NCBI GenBank assembly: GCA_035063585.1
Contig: JAPSGB010000049.1
Span: forward strand, 1-32,859
DNA length: 32,859 nucleotides
Reading direction: 5' to 3'
DNA from: Polyangiaceae bacterium
GTDB lineage: Bacteria; Myxococcota_A; Polyangia; Polyangiales; Polyangiaceae
The first letter of the stretch is position 1, and each line of letters begins with the position of its first letter. Below, one piece after another: positions 10,623 through 20,430 of this stretch. The notes under the pieces are model-generated. The model made no database searches and had not been told where the DNA came from. It saw only the letters and a program-made list of their open reading frames with translations. Both the position numbers and the translations under genes were made by a program.

Positions 10623-11381
10623 ATGGGCCGGCGCGCTGCATTCCTATTGACTCTGCCTCTCTTCGCGCTGGTCGCGCTCGCCGCGACCGCGCAGCCGCGC
10701 AAGGCGGGCGGCAAGGACAAGACCCCGCCCGCCGCGTCGAGCGCGGCACCCGCGCCGCCGAGCGCGTCGGTGAGCGCCTCGGGGCCCGAGCCGGCCTCGT
10801 CGGCGCCAGCGGACGACCTCGGCGGTCCGCCGACCGCGCCCGCGCCGGCCGGGAGCGCGCCGAAGGCGTCGCCGCTGAACCCGCGCGCGGACGAGTTCCC
10901 CGACGGCGGCGCGACGCCGCCTCCGCCCGACTATGACCGCCTGCTCGGCGGCATCGCCGCGCTGCGGAGTCGGGTCGCCGCGCTCACCACCACGCTCTTC
11001 GCGAGCAAGGTGCGGGTCGTCATAGAGACTGACGACGACAGCGACCAGCGCATCACGAGCCTGGTCGTCACGCTCGACGACGGCGTCGTCTACACCGCGC
11101 CCGCGAGCTTCTCCGCCGAGGAGCGCAAGACGGTCTACGATCACGCGGTGGCGCCGGGGCACCACGTGGTCGGCGTCGAGATCGAGCGCTACGACGCGCG
11201 CGGGAAAGACTACACCACGCGGCAGAGCTCGCGGTTCTCGGTGGTCGTCCCCGAGGGGAAGCGGGTGGAGGCGCTGGTCCGACTCCGGGACAGCTCGGAC
11301 ATGGCCAGCGATTTCCCGGACGACGAGGACGGCGAGTACGATCTGCGCGTGCGGCTCCGCGCGCGCGTCGTCGACAACTGA
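10623..11381 (+). CDS. Exported hypothetical protein (signal peptide, Pro/Ala linker, short helix, beta-sandwich); first gene of the TPR operon
   Basis: Signal peptide MGRRAAFLLTLPLFALVALAATA; low-complexity linker; beta-rich C-terminal domain (LVVTLDDG...VAPGHHVVGVEI). Ends 2 nt before the next ATG. Confidence 0.8.
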   Translation: MGRRAAFLLTLPLFALVALAATAQPRKAGGKDKTPPAASSAAPAPPSASVSASGPEPASSAPADDLGGPPTAPAPAGSAPKASPLNPRADEFPDGGATPPPPDYDRLLGGIAALRSRVAALTTTLFASKVRVVIETDDDSDQRITSLVVTLDDGVVYTAPASFSAEERKTVYDHAVAPGHHVVGVEIERYDARGKDYTTRQSSRFSVVVPEGKRVEALVRLRDSSDMASDFPDDEDGEYDLRVRLRARVVDN

Positions 11382-11383
11382 CC

Positions 11384-13477
11384 ATGACGCGGCTCGGCGC
11401 CCCCTCCGCGGTGATCCTGGCCGGCGCGCTCGCGCTCTCGGCCGGTGTCGCGCGCCCCGCCGCCGCCCAAGGCGCGCCGCCCGCGGCGGCGGCGCCCTCC
11501 GCTTCGACGCCTCCCGCGCCGTCCGCTTCGACGCCGGCACCGGCGCCCGGCCCGGCCGATTCCGCGCCGGGTCAGCCCACCCCGAAGCCGGCCGACGCGA
11601 GCACGGCCGCCGCCGCGGGGCCGGAGACACACGGGGCCGAGGTCGCCGCCTACACGCGCGCGCTCGAGCGGCGAAAGCTCGGCCCGAGCGCGGCGCTCAG
11701 CCGCGACCGGCTCGCGGCCGAGCTCGCGCGCATCGATCGGCAGCTCTCGGACGGGCGGCGCGACGAGGCGATCGGTAACCTCGTTTACCTGGTGGAATCG
11801 CCGCGGTTCGCTGCCTTCGAGCGCTTCGACGAGGGGCGCGCCGCGCTCTATTACCTGGGGGACTCGCTCGGGCGCGCTGGCGCATACTCGCCCGCGCGCG
11901 GCTACCTGAAGCGGCTCCTCACCGGCGATCCGAACGACACCTGGTATCGCCGCGCGGCGCGCAGCCTGGTGGACTTCGGGCTCGCGAGCGATGAGCCTCT
12001 GGTGTTCCTGAAGGATCTCTCCGGGCTTCCGCCCGGCGCGCCGGAGGAGCTTCGCTCGGACGTCGCCTATCTGCGCGGGCGCGCCGCGGAGCGGATGCAG
12101 CAGCCGACCCAGGCGCTCGCGGCGTACGCCGAGGTGACGCCGCGCTCGCGGTTCTGGGCGCAAGCGACCTATCTCGCGGGGCTCATCGCGGTCGAGCGCG
12201 GCGAGCTCACGAAGGGCGAGAACCTCTTCTGCAAGGTCGCGGACCCGAAGCTCACGCCGCGCCGCGCGCCGGCGCTCGGCGGGAGCGAGTTCTTCCGGGT
12301 GCGTGATCTGTCGAGGCTCGCGCTCGGGCGCGTGGCGCATGAGCAGTATCGCTTCGACGACGCGCGCTATTATTACTACCTCGTTCCGCGCGACTCGGCG
12401 GAGCTGCCCGAGGCGCTCTACGAGACCGCCACCACGCGCTACGAGGCGAAGGACTACGACGGCGCGCGCGAGGCGATGGGCGAGCTCGAGGCGCTGCATC
12501 GGAACCACGCCTATCAGGACGAGGCGTGGATCCTCGACGCGTACATCGACCTTGCCACCTGCCATTTCCCCGAGGCCGACCAGAAGCTCCGCACCTTCCT
12601 CGCGCGCTACGAGCCGGTGCGGAACGCCGCGCGCCGCCTCTGGAAGGATTCCGCGGCGACCACCAAGCTGGTCGAGTCGGTGCGCCGCGGCGCCGATCCC
12701 GCGAGCGCGGGGCTCGGGGTGCCGGCCGACGTCGCGCGCACGCTGGCCGCGCTCCTGCGCGTCGATCTCGGCTACGGGCACATCTCCACGCGCCTCGCCT
12801 GGCTCGAGCACCAGCAGAGCGGGCTCCGGGGCGCGATGGTCGAGCTCGATGAGGCGGCGCGCCGGCTCGCGACGCCCAAGGAGGTGAAGCCGGCCGGCGC
12901 GGCGCCGCTCGGGCTCGCGCCCGCCGAGCAGGTCGAGCGGATCGACTCGCAGCTCGCCGAGGTGAACCGGCTCCTCCGCGAGCTCGAGGCGTCGGGGAAG
13001 GCCAAGCCCGGCGATCTCTCCGCGCTCCGCGCCCAGCTCGCCGCGCTCGAGGTCGAGGCGCGCGCCGCGCGCGCCGCGCTCGCGGCCGCGCCCGCGCCGC
13101 GAGCCGCGGCGGGTGAGGATCTGTCCGACGTCATCCGCGCCGATCGGGCGCGCGCGACCCAGCTCTACGCCGAGAGCCAGGCGCTCGCGGCCAAGCTCTC
13201 TACCGAACAGGTGGCGCGCGCCAAGGACGCGCTGTTGCGGCTCGACCGGCGGCTCTCGCGGCTCCTCGCTCGCGCGCGGCTCGGGCGCATCGAGACGGTG
13301 CTCGGCAAGAAGCGCGCGCTCGAGATCGAGATCGAGGCGCTGAACCAGGGGCTCCTGCCGCAGAGCATCGTCGACTCGCTCGACGCGGAGCGGTACCTGC
13401 GGGACGACGAGGAGTACTGGCCGTTCGACGGCGAAGATTGGTCCGACGAGTACGTTGGCGGCGAGGGGCTCCGGTGA
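11384..13477 (+). CDS. Exported TPR + coiled-coil protein, GltC-like
   Basis: Signal peptide, Pro-rich linker, TPR helices (LALGRVAHEQYRFDDARYYY...EALYE), coiled coil, and C-terminal EYWPFDGEDWSDE. That tail resembles the WPFxGExWxDE motif I recall from myxobacterial GltC-family proteins. Confidence 0.75.
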   Translation: MTRLGAPSAVILAGALALSAGVARPAAAQGAPPAAAAPSASTPPAPSASTPAPAPGPADSAPGQPTPKPADASTAAAAGPETHGAEVAAYTRALERRKLGPSAALSRDRLAAELARIDRQLSDGRRDEAIGNLVYLVESPRFAAFERFDEGRAALYYLGDSLGRAGAYSPARGYLKRLLTGDPNDTWYRRAARSLVDFGLASDEPLVFLKDLSGLPPGAPEELRSDVAYLRGRAAERMQQPTQALAAYAEVTPRSRFWAQATYLAGLIAVERGELTKGENLFCKVADPKLTPRRAPALGGSEFFRVRDLSRLALGRVAHEQYRFDDARYYYYLVPRDSAELPEALYETATTRYEAKDYDGAREAMGELEALHRNHAYQDEAWILDAYIDLATCHFPEADQKLRTFLARYEPVRNAARRLWKDSAATTKLVESVRRGADPASAGLGVPADVARTLAALLRVDLGYGHISTRLAWLEHQQSGLRGAMVELDEAARRLATPKEVKPAGAAPLGLAPAEQVERIDSQLAEVNRLLRELEASGKAKPGDLSALRAQLAALEVEARAARAALAAAPAPRAAAGEDLSDVIRADRARATQLYAESQALAAKLSTEQVARAKDALLRLDRRLSRLLARARLGRIETVLGKKRALEIEIEALNQGLLPQSIVDSLDAERYLRDDEEYWPFDGEDWSDEYVGGEGLR

Positions 13478-16400
13478 GACGCGGGGTCTCGCTGCTCGCG
13501 GCGTGCGCGCTCCTCTCCGCGCTGCCAGCGCGGGCGGCCGAGGACGCTGCGCCGACCATGGCCGGCGAGAAGTCTTCCATCAAGCCGGTGGGCGAGCGGC
13601 AGATCGGCGAGCGAGCGCGCCCGACCGTGAAGAAGAAGGCCGAGGACAAGGTCCGTGGCGCCCGCGGAGACAACCTCAGCTTGCAGATCCCCGCGCGGCT
13701 ACGCGCAGCGCTGGCGCGAAAGATCGAGCAGCGGATCACGCGGGACATCGCCGAGTCGAAGCAGCTTCGCGCGGAGGCGCATGCGCTGCTCGAGAAGTTC
13801 TTGGCCGAGACGCCGGCCGACTCGCCCGAGGTGCCCGAGGCGCTGATGCGGATCGGTGAGCTCGAGTGGGAGAGCGCCCGCGACGATTTCCTCGTGAGCT
13901 TCAAGCGCTGGGACAGCCAGCCTGCCGACGCACGCGGCGAGCCGCCGGAGCCGGATTACTCGAAGCCGCGCGGTCGGTTCCTCCGCGTGCTGCGTGAGTT
14001 CAAGAGCTTCCCGAAATACGATCTCGCGCTCTACGTGGACGGCTTCCTCGCCAACGAGGAGGGGCATTCGAAGCAGGCCGTCGATCGCTTCGATAAGATC
14101 CTCGCGTGGTTCCCGAAGAGTCGCTTCGTGCCCGACGCACACATGTTCCGTGCGGAGTACGAGTTCACCAAGGACGCGCCCGACTACCAGCGCGCCTACG
14201 ACGAGTACGAGGCCGTCCTCCAATACAAGGACAGCGAGCTCCACGACATCGCGCTCTTCAAGAGCGCGTGGACGCTCTGGCGCCTCGGTCGCACCGACGA
14301 GGCCGCCACGCGCTTCCTCAGCGTGTTCAAGGCGACCGCCGAGGCCGGCGAGGCGGGCGGCAAGCGGCGGGAGGAGATCGACGAGCTCCAGCGCGAGGCG
14401 CTGAAGAACCTGGTCGCGGTCTTCGCCGAGGACGAGAACAACCGCGCCGAGGACATGTATCGCTTCCTGGTCAAGGCCGGGGGCGACAAGTTCGCAGGGA
14501 AGATCGTCCGGGCGCTCGCCGAGACGTTCTACGAGCAGGCTCAGTACGAGCGCGGCATCGAGGCCTACCGGCTCATGCTGAAGCTCGAGCCGACCGGCTC
14601 GGACGCCTACGAGTACGCGCTCGCCATCGCGCGTGGCCACTCGACGCTCGAGCGCTGGAAGGCGCTCGCCGACGACTACCGCTGGATCACGAGGGATTTT
14701 ACCACGAGGCCGAGCGTGAAGGGCAAGGCCGTCCAACAGAGCGCCTGGGTTCAGACGCAGACGCCGGCGACGCTCCGCGCGGCCGACGCCGCCATCGAGA
14801 AGCAGCTCCGCGAGGATGCCATCGGGCTCCACGCCAAGGCGCAGGCCGACAAGAACAGTCGCGTCGAGTTCGAGGGCGCGGCGGGGCTCTACGAGGTGTA
14901 CCTCACGCGCTACGCCGGGCGGCGCGAGGCGTACGACATGGAATATAACGTCGCCGAGATCTACTTTTACCGTCTCGACGACGCGAACCGGGCCGCCGCG
15001 CACTACCTCGCCGCGGTGCGCCTGAACCCGAAGGGCAAGCTCTCGCGCGACGCGCTGGTGAATGCGCTCGCCGCCCTCGAACAGACGCGCGAGCGCGAGC
15101 TCGCCCAGGCGAAGCAAGCCGGCAAGAAGCCCGAGGAGACCGCGACCGACAAGAAGCTCACCGAGGCGATGGAGGTCTACATCAAGACCTACCCCGACGA
15201 CGCCGACGTCCCCGAGCTCCTCTTCCGGCAGGGCAAGCTCTACTACGACTACGAGGTGTACGACCCGGCCGTGCGCCAGTGGGGGCTCCTCGTCGAGAAG
15301 TACCCGAAGAGCAAGTACGCCGCGGGCGCCGGCGAGCTCATCCTCGACTCCTTCAACAAGAGCCGCGACTACGCCAACATCGAGACCTGGGCGCGGAGGC
15401 TGAAGGCCGCACCCTCCTTCCAGACGCCGGCGCAGCAGGCGCGCCTCGACACCCTCATCGTGCAGGCCGTGTTCAAGCAGGGCGAGGCGCTCGGCGAGCA
15501 GGGCAAGCACGGCGAGGCCGCGGCGGCCTATCTCCGCGCCGCGCGCGAGTTCCCGAGGGAGCCGCGCGCGGCTCAGGCCGCCGTGAACGCGGAGGTGGAG
15601 GCGAAGCGCGCCGCCGACCTGCCGACCTTGAAGGAGGCGGTGGCGCTCCTCATCGAGCACCACAAGGAGCGTCCGGAGGCCGCCGAGGGCGTCTGGATCG
15701 CCGCGAGCACCTACCAGTCGGTCGGGTTGTTCAGCGAGGCCGCCGGGTACTACGACGTCCTGGTCGATGGCTGGCCGAGGTCCGAGCGTCACAAGGCCGC
15801 CGCCTTCAACGCGGTGCTCCTTCGCACCACCGTCGGCGAGCACGACAAGGCCATCAAGAGCGGCGAGAAATTCAAGCGCGCCTATCCACGCGACGCCGAC
15901 GCCGACGAGGTCACCTTCCTCATGGGAAAGGCCCACGAGAAGGCAGAGAAATGGAAGGACGCGGAGGCGCTCTACTCGAGCTACGCGAAGTCCGCGCGGA
16001 GCCCGAACAGTCAGCTCGAGTCCTTGGTTCGCCTCGCCACCGTGCGCGTCAAGCTCGGTGACGCTCGCGGCGCGTCGAGCGCGCTCACGCGCGCGCTCGA
16101 CGTCTACAAGTTGAACAAGGGCCGCCTCGACGACGATGGCAAGTACTTCGCCGCCAAAGCGCGCTATCTCCAGGGCGAGCGCATCCTCGCCGAGTACGAG
16201 ACGGTCAAGATAGAGGGCGACGTGGCGCAGCTCAAGGCGCGGCTCAAGCAGAAGAGCGAGCTCCTGAAGCGCGCCGCCGAGACGTTCCTCGACGCGGCGC
16301 AGATGGGCGTCGCCGAGTGGACGACCGCCTCGCTCTATCAGATCGGATTCACGTACGAGTCGTTCTCGAAGGCGCTCCGCACCTCGCCGCCGCCGGCCGG

Positions 16401-16821
16401 GCTCTCGGACGCCGACAAGGAGGCGTACTCGCAGCAGATCGACGAGTTCGTGGTGCCCATCGACGAGCGCGCCATCGACGCCTACGAGAGCGGCTGGCAG
16501 AAGGCCATCGAGCTTCACATCTTCAACTCCTGGACGGCGAAGATGCGGGCGGCGCTCGGCCGGCTGGTGCCCGAGCAGTATCCCCCGATGGACGAGATCG
16601 GCTTCCGCCTCCGCTCGCACGGGCCGTCGCCGCTCCCGCCGCTCATCGAGGGGCTCCGCCGCTCCAAGGAGGGCCGGAGCGAGCCCTACCTGGTCGAGGT
16701 GTCGGCTCCGCCGGCGCCCGCCACCGAGAGTCCTCCGAAGCCGACGACCGCGGGCAAGCCCGCCACTTTGAAGCCAAAGAGCGAGAAGCCGAGCGATGAG
16801 CGCCCAGCCGACGAGCAGTGA
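13474..16821 (+). CDS. Large exported TPR protein, GltD/AgmU-like (1115 aa)
   Basis: GTG at 13474 overlaps the upstream TGA (GTGA). Signal peptide ends in ARA-A. Many TPRs with FPxS/YPxS-type turns (WFPKSRF, KYPKSKY). C-terminal EWTTASLYQIG...NSWTAK..ALGRLVPEQYP resembles AgmU/GltD-family ends. Confidence 0.78.
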   Translation: MRRGVSLLAACALLSALPARAAEDAAPTMAGEKSSIKPVGERQIGERARPTVKKKAEDKVRGARGDNLSLQIPARLRAALARKIEQRITRDIAESKQLRAEAHALLEKFLAETPADSPEVPEALMRIGELEWESARDDFLVSFKRWDSQPADARGEPPEPDYSKPRGRFLRVLREFKSFPKYDLALYVDGFLANEEGHSKQAVDRFDKILAWFPKSRFVPDAHMFRAEYEFTKDAPDYQRAYDEYEAVLQYKDSELHDIALFKSAWTLWRLGRTDEAATRFLSVFKATAEAGEAGGKRREEIDELQREALKNLVAVFAEDENNRAEDMYRFLVKAGGDKFAGKIVRALAETFYEQAQYERGIEAYRLMLKLEPTGSDAYEYALAIARGHSTLERWKALADDYRWITRDFTTRPSVKGKAVQQSAWVQTQTPATLRAADAAIEKQLREDAIGLHAKAQADKNSRVEFEGAAGLYEVYLTRYAGRREAYDMEYNVAEIYFYRLDDANRAAAHYLAAVRLNPKGKLSRDALVNALAALEQTRERELAQAKQAGKKPEETATDKKLTEAMEVYIKTYPDDADVPELLFRQGKLYYDYEVYDPAVRQWGLLVEKYPKSKYAAGAGELILDSFNKSRDYANIETWARRLKAAPSFQTPAQQARLDTLIVQAVFKQGEALGEQGKHGEAAAAYLRAAREFPREPRAAQAAVNAEVEAKRAADLPTLKEAVALLIEHHKERPEAAEGVWIAASTYQSVGLFSEAAGYYDVLVDGWPRSERHKAAAFNAVLLRTTVGEHDKAIKSGEKFKRAYPRDADADEVTFLMGKAHEKAEKWKDAEALYSSYAKSARSPNSQLESLVRLATVRVKLGDARGASSALTRALDVYKLNKGRLDDDGKYFAAKARYLQGERILAEYETVKIEGDVAQLKARLKQKSELLKRAAETFLDAAQMGVAEWTTASLYQIGFTYESFSKALRTSPPPAGLSDADKEAYSQQIDEFVVPIDERAIDAYESGWQKAIELHIFNSWTAKMRAALGRLVPEQYPPMDEIGFRLRSHGPSPLPPLIEGLRRSKEGRSEPYLVEVSAPPAPATESPPKPTTAGKPATLKPKSEKPSDERPADEQ

Positions 16822-17956
16822 GGAGGGCTTGCCGGTCCGGCGCGGCCGGCGGCGCGTAGCGCGCTCGGCGGCGCGCGTCGCCGTGGCGCTCGCGCTCCTC
16901 ACCGCCGCTTGCGGTGGCGCGACGGTCCAGGCTGCCGCGCCGGTGCTCGCGCCGGCCAAGCCGGAGGCGGTGGACAAGCTCGCCCAGGGGGTCGCGGCGG
17001 CCAAGGATCCGAAAGATCAGGCGCGCGCCGTCGAGCTCTTCGAGCAGGCGGTGAAGACGGATCCGGCGCTCTGGGAGGCCCGGTACAACCTCGGCCTGAT
17101 CCTCGCGCAGCGGGGCGAGCTCGCGCGCGCCGAGCAGGAGCTCGCGAAGGCGGCGGAGCTCGCGCCGAACGCCGAAGACGTGCTCGTCGCGCTCGCCGAG
17201 GTGAAGCGGAGGCGCGGGGACGCGACCGGCGCGGCCGAGGTGCTCACCCGCTTCGTCGGCGCGCACCCGAAGGCGATCTCGGCGCGCGTCTCGCTCGTCA
17301 GCGCGCTCCGCGAGAGCGGCAAGATCGAGCAGGCCATCACCGAGGCGCGCGAGGTCCTGGTACGGAAGCCGAACGATCCGGAGGCGCTCGCCGAGCTCGC
17401 GCTCACCCACCTCGCGCGCGGCGAGCTCGACACGGCCGAGCTGCTGAGCGAAGAGTCCCTGAAGGGCGAGCGGAAGAGCGCGGTCGCCGAGCGCACCGCC
17501 GGGCTCATCGCCCTCGCGCGCGGGGACGACGCCCGCGCGTTCCAGCATTTTGCCGCCGCCAGCGAGCTCGACCCCGCCGACACCACCGCGCGGCTCAACG
17601 TGGGGACGGTGCTCCTGCAGGCCGGCGTGTATGACAAGGCGGAGAGTGAGTTTCGCGGCGTGCTCGCGGCGCGTCCGACCGACACGCTGGCGAGCCTCGG
17701 GCTCGCGGCGGCGCTCCGCGGACAGGGCACGCGCGAGAAGCGCGAGCCCTGGCTCGAGGCCGAGAAGATCCTCACCGGCGTGCTCGAGCGCGAGCCCAAG
17801 AACCTCGCCGCGACCTTCAACCTGGCGCTCCTCTACGTCGACTATCTTCAGCGGCCGGCCGACGCGAAGCCGCTTCTGCAGCGCTACCTGGATGACGCGC
17901 CTACGCGGGACGCATCGCGCGAGCTCGCGGAGAAGAAGCTCGCCGGCATCAAGTGA
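16796..17956 (+). CDS. TPR lipoprotein, GltE/AglT-like
   Basis: Lipobox LTAA-C; ~8 TPRs (WEARYNLGLIL, ARLNVGTVLL, ATFNLALLYVDY). Sits directly after the GltD-like gene, as gltE follows gltD. Confidence 0.75.
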   Translation: MSAQPTSSEEGLPVRRGRRRVARSAARVAVALALLTAACGGATVQAAAPVLAPAKPEAVDKLAQGVAAAKDPKDQARAVELFEQAVKTDPALWEARYNLGLILAQRGELARAEQELAKAAELAPNAEDVLVALAEVKRRRGDATGAAEVLTRFVGAHPKAISARVSLVSALRESGKIEQAITEAREVLVRKPNDPEALAELALTHLARGELDTAELLSEESLKGERKSAVAERTAGLIALARGDDARAFQHFAAASELDPADTTARLNVGTVLLQAGVYDKAESEFRGVLAARPTDTLASLGLAAALRGQGTREKREPWLEAEKILTGVLEREPKNLAATFNLALLYVDYLQRPADAKPLLQRYLDDAPTRDASRELAEKKLAGIK

Positions 17957-17970
17957 GAGGGCGGGCGAGG

Positions 17971-18552
17971 ATGAACCGTCGCGCGGAGCCTCGGGGGCGA
18001 GCCTGGCTCGCCGTGACGCTCGCGCTCGCCGCGTGCGCTGCGCCTCGGGCGTCCGGTCCGGCGGGGCCGCTCGCGCCGCCGGCGTCCTCGCCGGCGCCGA
18101 CCGCGCCCGCCGGGGCGCGGTCGAGCGCGCCGGCCGAGGCCGGCGCGCCGCCGGCCCGCGCGGAGTGCGTGAGCGTGGCCCGGCGAGGGCTCCCTCCAGC
18201 GGACACGGGTGAGCTGGTCCCGTCGTTCACGCTCGAGCCGGGCGACCAGCTCTGCGTCGAGCTCGAGCACGACGGCGAGTGCATCACGAGCGCGCGCGCC
18301 GTCGCGCGCACCGCCGAGCTCGAGCGGACCCTCGTGCTTCGCTTCGCCGACGGCCGGCTCGAGCTCACCAACCCGTTCCGCGGGCTCGTGCTCCGCTACT
18401 CGCTCGAGCCGCGTCCAGCGAGCGGCCCGGTGTGTCCGGCGCTCCCGGAGCAAACGCACGCGGAGGTCTTGCCGAGCGGTGCGAGCGTGGTCACCGTCTC
18501 GGCGCTCCACTTCAAGGGCGAAGGCACGGCGGGCTCCGAGCTCTGCATGTGA
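17971..18552 (+). CDS. Hypothetical lipoprotein
   Basis: Lipobox LAA-C, Pro/Ala linker, beta-rich domain with several Cys. Alternative GTG start at 17953 overlaps the upstream stop. Confidence 0.6.
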   Translation: MNRRAEPRGRAWLAVTLALAACAAPRASGPAGPLAPPASSPAPTAPAGARSSAPAEAGAPPARAECVSVARRGLPPADTGELVPSFTLEPGDQLCVELEHDGECITSARAVARTAELERTLVLRFADGRLELTNPFRGLVLRYSLEPRPASGPVCPALPEQTHAEVLPSGASVVTVSALHFKGEGTAGSELCM

Positions 18553-18565
18553 CGCGCGGCGCGAC

Positions 18566-19069
18566 TCAGGCACGCCCTAGCAGCGAGGCGAGCGCGTCCG
18601 CGAGCTTGTCCTCGGCGCGGCGACGGCGCGCCTCCGAGGTCTGCATCGCGCCCCGGATGAGCTGGCGGAGGTGGGTGCGGTCGGCGTTCGGGTGCCGCGC
18701 GAGGAGCTCTTCGAGAGCGGCCGCTCCGCCACCGACCAGGCGCACCACCCACTCGCGCGCGCGCTCTCGTCCGACCTCGTGCTTTACCTCGCCGTGCTTC
18801 AGGAGACTGTCGAGCGCGGCGCGTAGCTTCGGCCAGTCCGCGTCGCGGAGCATCGAGCGGACCACGCGGAGCTGTCGCTCGCGCGCGCGCGGGCTCGAGA
18901 TGGCGCGCGCGTCCTCGAGGGCGTCGAGCACCGGCTCCGGAACCTCGAGGCGCGCGAGCGACTTCGGGCCGAGCCGGACCAGGTCGCTCGCGAGGCGGGC
19001 GAGGGCGTCTTCCCGGGCCTTGTCGGCGCGCCGCTGGTCGGCGCGCGACGGGAGCGACTCGTCATCCAT
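18566..19069 (-). CDS. yjgA: Ribosome-associated protein YjgA/DarP (DUF615) family
   Basis: PSRADQRR...LARLASDLVRLGPKSLARL.VPE.VLDALEDARAI...ARERQLRVV..MLR, and HPNADRTHLRQLIRGA, match the DUF615 pattern. ATG at 19069, 167 aa. Confidence 0.85.
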   Translation of the reverse strand: MDDESLPSRADQRRADKAREDALARLASDLVRLGPKSLARLEVPEPVLDALEDARAISSPRARERQLRVVRSMLRDADWPKLRAALDSLLKHGEVKHEVGRERAREWVVRLVGGGAAALEELLARHPNADRTHLRQLIRGAMQTSEARRRRAEDKLADALASLLGRA

Positions 19070-19239
19070 GACGGCGTAAAACGTTGCACGAGGCGGCGCC
19101 CGCGGGAAGCGACCGTCGCGTGGCGAGCCGCGGTATGCCACGGGATTTCGTCGTGACCCGAGCGCGGCACGGAGTTTGCCAATCGGGTGACGCTTGCATT
19201 TTTCGCGGACGCTCCTAACTGTCCCGCGCCGAAACCTCC

Positions 19240-20430
19240 ATGACTGGACCAATACGCAGGGTCTGGGCGGCGGTCGCGCTGGCCGGCGCGCTGCTCGGGC
19301 TCACCTTCGCGACCACCTCGACGCTCGATTACGCCGAGCATCTCGACCGCGGGTTGCACGACCTGCACTGCAGCGTGATCCCCGGTATGCCCGCGACCAG
19401 CGCCGCGGAGGCGTGCCGCGCGGCGATGTACAGCCCGTACTCGGCGGTGCTCAAGACCTCGCTGTGGGGCGGGGTCCCCATCTCGCTCTTCGGGCAAGGC
19501 GCGTTCGTGTTCTTCGCGGCCTTCGCGCTCTACCTCTTGATCTCGGGGCCGCGCGCTCCGCGCTCCGCGCGCTGGTTCTTCGCAGCGACCGGCGTGACGC
19601 CGCTCCTCGTGTCGCTCGTGATGCTCGGCGAGATCTGTCGCGTGTGCCTCGGGATCTACCTGTCGTCGGCGCTGCTCGCCGTGGCCGCCGTGCTCGCCGC
19701 GCGCCCGGTGGCCGAGCCCGGCGGTTCCGCGCCGCACCGACGAATCCCCGCTTGGGTGGCGAGCCTCCTGTGGCTCGCCGCGCTAGGCGGCTCCACGCTC
19801 GCGCCCTCGCTCGTGTACGCCGCGAGGGCGCCCGATCAGCGCCCGTATCTGACTCGCTGCGGTGCGCTGAAGCTGGCGGGCGACGAGAACGGCGCGCTCC
19901 TCCACCTCACCACCTCGCGTTCGATCCAGCCGGCGACGCTGTTCGAGGATCCGCTCTGCCCGACCTGTCGAGCCTTCCACCAGCGGCTGGTGACCGAGGG
20001 TGTGATGGACAAGCTCGATATCCGGCTCGTCATGTTCCCGCTCGATAGCGAGTGCAACTGGATGCTCGACGAGCCGCTGCACCCGGGCGCCTGTATGGTC
20101 GCGCGCGCGGTGCTCTGCGGCGCCGGTCAGGCGCGCGCCGTGCTCGACTGGGCCTACGACGAGCAGGACCACGTCGCTCGCGCGGGCAAGGCGGGCAAGG
20201 ACACGCTCCGCGCGCTGCTCCGGCAGCGCTGGGGCGACGAGCTCGTGAAGTGCGTGGACGCGCGCGCGACCCAGACGCGACTGAACGACAACCTCCGCTT
20301 CGCGGTCAGCAACGACATCCCGGTGTCGACGCCGCAGATGTACCTCGGCACTCGGCGCGTGTGCGACGAGGACACCGATCTCGGGCTCTTGTTCGCACTG
20401 AAGGAACTCGCGCCGGAGGTGCTGAAGTGA
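19240..20430 (+). CDS. Vitamin K epoxide reductase (VKOR) domain fused to a DsbA-like thioredoxin domain
   Basis: VKOR loop Cys pair (LHCS...EACRAAMYSPYS), GVPISLFG and TM CxxC (CRVC). C-terminal FEDPLCPTC, FPLDSECN and cis-Pro loop STP. Confidence 0.9.
   Translation: MTGPIRRVWAAVALAGALLGLTFATTSTLDYAEHLDRGLHDLHCSVIPGMPATSAAEACRAAMYSPYSAVLKTSLWGGVPISLFGQGAFVFFAAFALYLLISGPRAPRSARWFFAATGVTPLLVSLVMLGEICRVCLGIYLSSALLAVAAVLAARPVAEPGGSAPHRRIPAWVASLLWLAALGGSTLAPSLVYAARAPDQRPYLTRCGALKLAGDENGALLHLTTSRSIQPATLFEDPLCPTCRAFHQRLVTEGVMDKLDIRLVMFPLDSECNWMLDEPLHPGACMVARAVLCGAGQARAVLDWAYDEQDHVARAGKAGKDTLRALLRQRWGDELVKCVDARATQTRLNDNLRFAVSNDIPVSTPQMYLGTRRVCDEDTDLGLLFALKELAPEVLK

Noticed and set aside
13699..17004. 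1101-aa antisense ORF (likewise 6024..8645 +, 8850..10256 -, 11210..12811 -, 21584..23215 -, 27220..28794 +)
   Set aside because: These are shadow frames of real genes in high-GC DNA, with no recognisable motifs; the opposite strand carries clear families.
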